Assembly (NCBI GenBank): GCA_945787575.1
Contig: CALZKB010000016.1
Coordinates: forward strand, 1,189 to 65,188
Length of the DNA stretch: 64,000 bases
Origin: Thermoanaerobaculia bacterium
GTDB taxonomy: Bacteria > Acidobacteriota > Thermoanaerobaculia > Multivoradales > JAHEKO01
Direction: 5' to 3'
Positions 9,442 through 16,243 of this stretch are shown here, one piece after another; positions within the stretch are counted from its first letter, which is position 1, and each line of letters opens with the position of its first letter. The notes beneath the pieces are model-generated. The model saw only the letters and a list, made by a program, of their open reading frames with translations. It did not search any database and was not told the origin of the DNA. Made by a program: the position numbers and the translations under genes.

Positions 9442-9671
9442 GGGTCTCGGGGGAGCCGGGGTTCGGGCCGCTCGCGGGCAGCAGATTCCGCAGCGGGTTG
9501 TCGAGGCAGGGCACGGGGGGCAGGCTAGGCCGTGGACGGCTCGCGGCGCCCCACCCGAAGGCGCGGGGGAGGGATCGGAGAATCGCCCTGGGACGCTTGC
9601 GGTAGGGTTGAGGTCGAGGCCTCGAAGGTTGCTCGGTGCTGGTCAGCTCCCAAGAGGCCAGGGAAAGGACG

Positions 9672-10481
9672 ATGCGCTTCACATTAGCAAGCGGAGTCTT
9701 GATCCTGATCTCGATCACGGCGGTTGGGGGAGTCGATCTCGCCGACTCGCTCGACGACGGCGAAGCGCGGATATGGTACCTGGGTCACGCCGGCTGGCTG
9801 GTACTGACCGCGGAGCACTGTCTGGTCTTCGACTACACCGGTCCTACGGAGAGCGGCAAGCTGGAGGGGGGCGCCCTGTCGCCGAACGAGCTGGGCGGCT
9901 GCCGGGTGTTGATGTTCATCTCTCACGCCCACGGGGACCACTTCGACCGGCGTGCACTGAGCCTGCGCGAGGCGGTCGCCGACCTGACCGTGGTGATGGG
10001 CTGGAGCGAGCCGGGCTCCGGTGAGGTCGTCGTCCCAGACGACGGTGAGTGGACGGACGTGTCCGGTGCCGAGGTGCTCGCGCTGCACCACGAGTTCGAC
10101 GGAATCCCCGAGGGGTTCTTCCTGGTCCGTTCGGGGGGGCTGACGATCTACCACTCGGGAGATCACGGCACCTGGAGCGAGCCCCCCGGCGAGACCTTCA
10201 GGGCGAACATCGACCGGCTCGCCGCGGCGTCCGGGTCGATCGATCTCGCCTTCTTGTCGAGCTTTGGACGGCGCGGCGGAGCGCGGATCCTCAATCAGGG
10301 TGACCTCTACACCCTCGAGACGCTCCCCGCTCGCGTGATCTTCCCGATGCACTGCGGCGGCTGCGAGGACCGCTACGCTGGCTTCGCGCGAGAGGCGTCA
10401 GCCCTCGGCCTGCAGATGAGGATCGGGGTGGCCGACGCTCCCGGCGCTTCGTTTCACTATCGAGAAGGCGCGCTGCGCTGA
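9672..10481 (+). CDS. MBL-fold metallo-hydrolase, secreted
   Basis: The HxHxDH motif reads ISHAHGDHFD. Signal-like MRFTLASGVLILISITAVGG. ATG 9672 is preceded by GGAAAGGA; the track start at 9636 is an upstream GTG. Confidence 0.75.
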   Translation: MRFTLASGVLILISITAVGGVDLADSLDDGEARIWYLGHAGWLVLTAEHCLVFDYTGPTESGKLEGGALSPNELGGCRVLMFISHAHGDHFDRRALSLREAVADLTVVMGWSEPGSGEVVVPDDGEWTDVSGAEVLALHHEFDGIPEGFFLVRSGGLTIYHSGDHGTWSEPPGETFRANIDRLAAASGSIDLAFLSSFGRRGGARILNQGDLYTLETLPARVIFPMHCGGCEDRYAGFAREASALGLQMRIGVADAPGASFHYREGALR

Positions 10482-10495
10482 GACCAGCCGAAGGC

Positions 10496-11179
10496 TCAGT
10501 CTCCCAGCTCCTGGTGGTGGTTGTGGTCCCGCCCGACCGTGGTCAGTCCGTGACGGATCGCATACTTGGTGAGCCCGGCGACGCTGGAGATTCCCAGCTT
10601 CTGAATGATGTGGCTGCGGTGCGTGCTGACCGTCTTGAGACTCAAGCAGAGTCGGTCGCCGATCTCCTTCGCCGTGAACCCCTCGGCGATCAGCTGCAGC
10701 ACTTCGGATTCCCTGTGGGTCAGGGGGGCGGCGCCGCCAGCGCCGCCACTGGCGAGGCCTAATCGGTAGGCCTCTATCAAGACGGTGCCGACCTCGGAGC
10801 AGAGGTAACTCTCGCCGGCGTGGACGGCGTGGATGGCACTGACCACTTCCTGCGTCGCGTGGTCCTTCAGGATGTAGCCAGCCGCTCCGGCCTCGAATGC
10901 GGCGCCGACGAACTGTCGCTCAGCGTGCATCGACAGGCAGATGATCTTGGTCTCCGGGTGCTTGGCCAAGATCCGGCGGATCGCCTCCACACCGCTCAGA
11001 TTGGGCATCGACAGATCCATGATCGCGATGTCCGGCAGGTGCTGCTCGGCCTGCTTGACGGCCTCGCTGCCGTCGTGGGCAGTGCCGACCACCTCGAGGT
11101 CGGCCTCCCTTTCGAGCAGAGAAGTGAGTCCGTCGAGCAGGATCCGATGATCGTCGGCGAGGAGAATGCGAATCGTCAT
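10496..11179 (-). CDS. Response regulator, NarL/LuxR family
   Basis: Receiver domain (ILLADDH ... DIAIMDLSMP) plus LuxR HTH (LTHRESEVLQLIAEGFTAKEIGDRLCLSLKTVSTHRSHIIQKLG). Confidence 0.93.
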   Translation of the reverse strand: MTIRILLADDHRILLDGLTSLLEREADLEVVGTAHDGSEAVKQAEQHLPDIAIMDLSMPNLSGVEAIRRILAKHPETKIICLSMHAERQFVGAAFEAGAAGYILKDHATQEVVSAIHAVHAGESYLCSEVGTVLIEAYRLGLASGGAGGAAPLTHRESEVLQLIAEGFTAKEIGDRLCLSLKTVSTHRSHIIQKLGISSVAGLTKYAIRHGLTTVGRDHNHHQELGD

Positions 11180-11227
11180 GCTCGATAACCTAGGGGAATT
11201 CGCGAGGCCGTGGGGATCCCCGGCGCC

Positions 11228-12565
11228 TCAGCTCCCGCCTCTGCTCGCGGCCGCGGTGGAGCTCCGCGACTCGGCGGGCACGATCACGTCGATCTGGGTG
11301 CCTCGGCCCGGGGTGGACTCCAGGACCAGGCGTCCGCCCAGCCGCGCCACCTGCTCGCTCACGCTGAACAGGCCGAAGCCGCCCTCAGCCGAGAAGCCGT
11401 GGCCGGCATCCGAGACGTCGAAACCGCAGCCGTCATCCCCGATTCGGATAGTGACTTCTCGCGGCGTCGATTCGAGACCTATGCGCAGTTGGCGAGCGTC
11501 AGCATGTTTGACGACGTTGTGAACCAGTTCCCGCGCCAGGCGAAAGAGGAGCGCGCCCAGCTCGTCGGAGATGGGGGGGGGGGAGCCGTCGCCGTCAAAT
11601 CGGAACCTCGGGCCACCGTGCTGCTCCGCCCGCTCGCCCAGATCACGCAGCGCCGCCGCCAGCCCCAGCTCGTAGAGCACCGGAGAGGTCAGCTCGAACG
11701 TGAGCGAGCGGGTCCACTCGATCGACCAATCGAGGAGCTGGCGCACCTCGGCGAGCATCCTGTCGTGCTCTCCATCGCCGCCAAGTTGCATGAGCTGGTC
11801 CAGCTTGAGCGCCGCGGTGGCCAGTGCCTGCCCGATCTCGTCGTGAAGCCCCCTACCGATTCGCCGCCGTTCGTGCTCCTCCGCCGAGGTTACGGCGGTC
11901 GCCAGCCGCCGTAATTCTCGTTCGTGGACTCGGAGCTTCTTCTCGGCCTGCTTGCGCATCGTCACGTCCTCGCCCACCAGCAGGACTTCCGGCCGGCCGT
12001 CGGGCCCCTCCGCCGTTCTCAAGGTATCTCTAACCCAGAGGATCGACCCGTCCTTGCGGACCTTGCGGTGTTCCCAGTTCGCAACCCCGCCCGGCTGCTC
12101 GAGGTATCGGTGCAGGTTGTGCTCCACCTCCGGCCGATCCTCAGGATGGAAGACTCCGAGTAGATCTCGGCCGATTAGCTCCTCAGGCCGGTAGCCGAGC
12201 TCCCACGCCCCGTGGGCATTGACCGACCCCACGATGCCGGCATAGTCCAGAGTGAAGTACATGAGCGGGATGTTGTCGTAGAGCTGTCGGAAGCGCTCAT
12301 TGGTGGCCCGCAGATCGGCTTCCGCCTGCTTGCGGTCGCTGAGGTCGAGGACGAAGGCGACCATCGGCTCCTCGTCGTTCGCGGCGAGACCGGCTCCGAT
12401 CAGGATCGGAATGCGCCGGCCGTCTCGGTGGTAAAGTTCCTTCTCCCACGGCAGGACCCGGCCGCTGTCCCGCAGCTCGCGCGCCTTCTTTCGATCGAGC
12501 TCCTCCCATTCGGGCGGGGTCAGGGCCCGCCAGCACGGAAGTTCGTCAGCGTTGTAGCCGATCAT
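11228..12565 (-). CDS. PAS-domain sensor histidine kinase (HisKA_3 type); 5' end apparently disrupted
   Basis: PAS modules; H-box GLHDEIGQALA; HATPase motifs ELVHNVVKHA, GDDGCGF and GFGLFSV. Lies upstream of the NarL-type regulator. PAS-coding sequence continues upstream of the ATG without a start codon (see findings). Confidence 0.85.
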   Translation of the reverse strand: MIGYNADELPCWRALTPPEWEELDRKKARELRDSGRVLPWEKELYHRDGRRIPILIGAGLAANDEEPMVAFVLDLSDRKQAEADLRATNERFRQLYDNIPLMYFTLDYAGIVGSVNAHGAWELGYRPEELIGRDLLGVFHPEDRPEVEHNLHRYLEQPGGVANWEHRKVRKDGSILWVRDTLRTAEGPDGRPEVLLVGEDVTMRKQAEKKLRVHERELRRLATAVTSAEEHERRRIGRGLHDEIGQALATAALKLDQLMQLGGDGEHDRMLAEVRQLLDWSIEWTRSLTFELTSPVLYELGLAAALRDLGERAEQHGGPRFRFDGDGSPPPISDELGALLFRLARELVHNVVKHADARQLRIGLESTPREVTIRIGDDGCGFDVSDAGHGFSAEGGFGLFSVSEQVARLGGRLVLESTPGRGTQIDVIVPAESRSSTAAASRGGS

Positions 12566-12792
12566 CTGGAGAAAGAGATCGTTGGCGCGAACGATCCGAC
12601 CCTCGCGATCGGCAAACAGGATGCCGATGATGTTGGCGTCGAAAAGATGGCCAGGCTGGTTTCGCCGCGCTCGAAGGCGACGGTTAGAGCTGCCAGGCGG
12701 TTGCGGGCCGAGATGAGCTCCGCCAGGAGCCGAGGGTCGGCTAGGTGCGCATCTGCTGGATCGCGGCGACTGCTCGGGCTTGGATTCCCCAA
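12562..12792 (-). pseudogene. Displaced N-terminal reading frame of the PAS kinase (frameshifted 5' segment)
   Basis: TTG at 12792..12790 is preceded by GGAGGA and reads GNPSPSSRRDPADAHLADPRLLAELISARNRLAALTVAFERGETSLAIF. This frame meets the kinase frame at an A4/T4 run (12642..12645). Confidence 0.5.
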
Positions 12793-12931
12793 TTCTCCTC
12801 CCACTGATATCGGAGATCGTTCAAGTCTACTCAGCTGTTCAGACCGGCCTTTGAAGAAACAGTCACACGAACCTTTGAAAAACGGCTCGAGAAGGAGCGG
12901 ATCTCTCAACTCAGCCCCCACAAGCAGGGTA

Positions 12932-12960
12932 TTGGAATAATACAACGTTGCACGGATAAT
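12932..12960 (+). promoter_or_regulatory. Sigma70-like promoter candidate for the repeat-protein gene
   Basis: TTGGAA (12932-12937), exactly 17 nt of spacer, then GATAAT (12955-12960), in a locally AT-richer divergent intergenic region. Confidence 0.4.
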
Positions 12961-12999
12961 GCAGCCCTTCCTCTGAAGGAGGGGATCTGATGGAGCATA

Positions 13000-14391
13000 G
13001 TGCGACCGATGCCGAACGAGCTCGATGGAGAGGATGTGCACAGGAGATCGCGATCGGTTGTTCCGGCCTGGCTGCTGGCCCTCGGCCTGCTGCCCGCCGC
13101 CGCATGGGGAGCCGGCCCCGCCGTGGGCGAGGAGTTCCAGGTCAACTCCTACACCACGAGCTACCAGACGTTCCCTTCCGTGGGCGTAGCACCCGACGGC
13201 GCCTTCGTGGTGGTTTGGGAGAGCTACGGCTCGTACGGCTCCGACACCGACGTCGGTAGTGTCCAGGGGCAGCGCTACGCCTCCGACGGTACGCCCCTGG
13301 GTGGAGAGTTCCAGGTCAACTCCTACACCACGAGCTACCAGTACCTCCCGGCCGTGGCCGTGGCGCTCGACGGCGTCTTCGTGGTGGCATGGGAGAGCCA
13401 CGGCTCGTACGGCTCCGACACCGACGGCTACAGCATCCAGGCCCGGCGCTACGCCGCGGATGGCACGCCTCTGGGCGGCCAGTTCCAGGTCAACTTCCAC
13501 ACCCCGGCCGACCAGTTTCTCCCTGCCTTGGCCGCGGGGGCCGACGGCGCCTTCGTGGTGGTTTGGAAGAGCGAAGGCTCGTCCGGCTCCGATACCGACG
13601 GCGAGAGCGTCCAGGGCCAGCGCTACGCCTCCGATGGCACGCCCCTGGGCGGCCAGTTCCAGGTCAATTCCTACACCACCAGCTCCCAGGCCGCCCCCTT
13701 CGTCGGAATGGCGTCCGATACCGGCGCCTTCGTGGTGGCGTGGGAAAGCGACGGCTCGTACGGCTCGGACACCGACCGCTCCAGCATCCAGGGCCAGCGC
13801 TACGCGGCCGACGGCACGCCCCTGGGCGGAGAGTTCCAGATCAACTCCTACACCACGCTGTCACAGACCCTGCCATCCGTGGCCGTCGTCCCCGGCGGCG
13901 ACTTCGTGGTGGTGTGGGAAAGCGGGGGCTCGTCCGGCTCCGATATCGACTCCACGAGCATCCAGGGCCAGCGCTACGCGGCCGACGGCACGCCCCTCGG
14001 TGACGAGTTCCAGGTCAATTCCTACTCTACGGGCTCCCAGGATTTTCCTTCCGTGGACGTCGAGCCGAGCGGCGCTTTCGTCGTGACGTGGATGAGCTCC
14101 GGCTCGTACGGCTCGGACACCGCAGCCAGCATCCAGGGCCAGCGCTACGCCTCCGACGGCGCGCCCGTGGGCGGTGAGTTCCAGGTCAATTCCTACACGA
14201 CGAGCGTCCAGCTGTTCCCTTCCGTGGGCGTCGCGCCTGGTGGCGACTTCGTGGTGGTGTGGGACAGTTACGGCTCGTCCGGGTCGGACACCGACAGTTT
14301 CAGCGCACAGGGCCAGCGCTTCTCGCCCATGATCTTCGCCGACGGTTTCGAGTCAGGCGACACCTCGGCTTGGTCGGCGACGGTGCCGTAG
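13000..14391 (+). CDS. Secreted tandem-repeat protein (7 x ~58 aa, beta-propeller-like), function unknown
   Basis: Signal peptide VHRRSRSVVPAWLLALGLLPAAAWG. Seven repeats of G-x-EFQVNSYTTxxQxxPSVxxxPxGxFVVVWESxGSxGSDTDxxSIQGQRYxxDGTPLG. C-terminal tail MIFADGFESGDTSAWSATVP. GTG 13036, with GGAGAGG upstream, is a likely true start. Confidence 0.8.
   Translation: MRPMPNELDGEDVHRRSRSVVPAWLLALGLLPAAAWGAGPAVGEEFQVNSYTTSYQTFPSVGVAPDGAFVVVWESYGSYGSDTDVGSVQGQRYASDGTPLGGEFQVNSYTTSYQYLPAVAVALDGVFVVAWESHGSYGSDTDGYSIQARRYAADGTPLGGQFQVNFHTPADQFLPALAAGADGAFVVVWKSEGSSGSDTDGESVQGQRYASDGTPLGGQFQVNSYTTSSQAAPFVGMASDTGAFVVAWESDGSYGSDTDRSSIQGQRYAADGTPLGGEFQINSYTTLSQTLPSVAVVPGGDFVVVWESGGSSGSDIDSTSIQGQRYAADGTPLGDEFQVNSYSTGSQDFPSVDVEPSGAFVVTWMSSGSYGSDTAASIQGQRYASDGAPVGGEFQVNSYTTSVQLFPSVGVAPGGDFVVVWDSYGSSGSDTDSFSAQGQRFSPMIFADGFESGDTSAWSATVP
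13126..14322 (+). repeat. Seven in-frame tandem coding repeats, period 171-177 bp
   Basis: The TTCCAG(G/A)TCAA landmark recurs at 13135, 13309, 13483, 13657, 13834, 14008 and 14179, giving spacings of 174, 174, 174, 177, 174 and 171. Confidence 0.9.
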
Positions 14392-14742
14392 CTCAGCCGC
14401 CGCCGGAGTCCGGCGAGGGTGGCGGTCCAGAGGTCAGCCTCCCACTGCTATTCTCTGCGCGGGCGTCATCATGAGCTGGCGACGGAATTCTCATCGACGC
14501 TCCCGTCGAGTGCTTTGCGACTTTGAGGAAGGAATCGGTGTCAACCCTGCGGGATCGTCCGACTGACGACGGGATAGGAGGCCTCGTGCACCGAGCTTGC
14601 CGCTCTTGGATTCTCGCCGCCGTGCCGGGCACGGCGGTCCCGGCGACCCCGGCGACCCAAGCGAGCGTAGCTGAGGAGGGTCACGTCTGCGCCGGACCGG
14701 ACGGGCCACAGCATCGCTGCTAGGCGTCGAGGCCCTTCCATC

Positions 14743-16149
14743 GTGCCTGCGATGAGGAGTCCCGAGACGGCCGCAGCGGTCATCGCTGAGGAACTGGACC
14801 TGGCCGGCCAATTGATCCCATATGGTCCGCTGCGGTGGGACGGCTCGCTGCCCAAGGTACCGACTCTCCACCTGGACGACTTCTCGGCCATCCCCGTCCT
14901 CGTCGGAATCAGCGGAGTGGAGGCGTACCAGCACCGGGCGCGACTGCGAGCGGCAAGCGGCGACCTGTTTGCCGCCTCGACCCCTCAACCCGACGGTTAT
15001 GAACAGTACTGTCGCAGCACCCTGGCGTTGGGTGACGCCGAGTTCGTCATGGCCGAGATGGTGGAAGGAGAGCTCGATCTCGCTGCGGCGCTGGGCCGGG
15101 GGGGCGCGACATCGCGATTGGCCGATCGTGCCCGCGGCGCAGGAGGCTTGGCGATTCATCCCTACATGGGAATCGAGGCGGTCTGGGAGCTCGCGTCGCG
15201 GCTTCGCGACGAAGCCGACGTGGCGGTGCAAGTCCTCGCGCCGCCCCCGCCGGTCACCTGGGTGGCCAACGACAAAGGACGGTTCGCTCGCCTGGTCGAA
15301 CTCACTCTCGGCAGCGAATGGCTGGTCGAGACGTTCAGCGAGATCCGGACCTCACGCCTGGCCGAGCGCCTCCGAGAGCTGGCGACGCGACATGAGCAAG
15401 TCGCGCTCAAACGGCTACGCTGTGCCTCGGCGATGGGCAACCGAGTGTTCGAGTCCGCCGCTCTCGTGTCGAGTCCTTCGGAGGAGACCGAGCGCCAGGT
15501 GCGCTCCTTCCTGGAGGAGACTGAATGGCCGGGCGACGAGGAGGTCCTCGCGGTCGCCTGGGAACAGGCCAGCCTGTCTCCCTCCACTCAGCTGTGGATT
15601 CCGCCGTTCGGGGGCGGATCTCCGCGCGTCGACGGGGTCTATGAACAGATCTTGAAGGGGAAGCGCGGGGTCTTCGTCGGCAGTCGGCCGTCGACGTTGC
15701 CGGAAGCGGTGAGTCGGAGAATGATCGGCGCCTCCCTCAGACTCGCCGAAGCGCTACAGCGGCTGGGCTACGTCGGCCGCTGCTCCTTCGACCTCCTCGT
15801 CGTCGGCGAGCGCGACGCAAACCCCGAGCTACGATTCACCGAGTGCAACGGTCGCTGGGGCGGCACCAGCACGCCGATGTCGCTGCTCGACCGCCTGCTC
15901 CCCGAGCGGCCTCCCTATCAGGCTCAGGATTTCATCGACGAGAGACTCGTCGGGGCGACGTTGGGCGACGTCTTGGAGAGCGTTGGCACGGAGCTGTTCG
16001 AGGTGGCCGACCGACGCGGCCGTTTCATCTTCTACAACACCGGCCCGCTGACCCGGCACGGCAAGCTGAGCGTGATCGCACTGGGATCGGATCACAAGGA
16101 ACCGCAGTCGGCGCTCGAAGAAGACCTGCCTCACCTGCTGAGGCTGTAA
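14743..16149 (+). CDS. ATP-grasp fold ligase with N-terminal pre-ATP-grasp-like domain (PGM1-like peptide ligase family suspected)
   Basis: ATP-grasp elements appear in canonical order: ANDKGRFARLV, VALKRLRCASAMGNRVF (Lys/Gly-rich loop), VLAVAWE, GYVGRCSFDLLVV and LRFTECNGRWGG (D ... E-x-N metal ligands). The family assignment is from memory, not a search. Confidence 0.6.
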   Translation: MPAMRSPETAAAVIAEELDLAGQLIPYGPLRWDGSLPKVPTLHLDDFSAIPVLVGISGVEAYQHRARLRAASGDLFAASTPQPDGYEQYCRSTLALGDAEFVMAEMVEGELDLAAALGRGGATSRLADRARGAGGLAIHPYMGIEAVWELASRLRDEADVAVQVLAPPPPVTWVANDKGRFARLVELTLGSEWLVETFSEIRTSRLAERLRELATRHEQVALKRLRCASAMGNRVFESAALVSSPSEETERQVRSFLEETEWPGDEEVLAVAWEQASLSPSTQLWIPPFGGGSPRVDGVYEQILKGKRGVFVGSRPSTLPEAVSRRMIGASLRLAEALQRLGYVGRCSFDLLVVGERDANPELRFTECNGRWGGTSTPMSLLDRLLPERPPYQAQDFIDERLVGATLGDVLESVGTELFEVADRRGRFIFYNTGPLTRHGKLSVIALGSDHKEPQSALEEDLPHLLRL

Positions 16150-16207
16150 CGAGCAAGCTGCACGCGGTCGCTGGGCCGACACCGGTGCCTCGAACCGCTC
16201 GAGGGAC

Positions 16208-16243
16208 GACAACAGCGGAGAGCGCGAGCTCTCCGCTGTTGTC
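16208..16243. terminator. GC-rich hairpin between convergent genes (candidate bidirectional terminator)
   Basis: Perfect 16-bp stem GACAACAGCGGAGAGC / GCTCTCCGCTGTTGTC with a GCGA loop. It abuts the stop of the minus-strand gene at 16244 and lies 58 nt after the plus-strand stop. There is no U-tract. Confidence 0.45.

Noticed and set aside
14471-14566. 31-aa ORF MSWRRNSHRRSRRVLCDFEEGIGVNPAGSSD in the spacer upstream of the ATP-grasp gene.
   Set aside because: It has no Shine-Dalgarno sequence, a highly basic junk-like composition, and it overlaps the better-supported 14538 mini-ORF in another frame.
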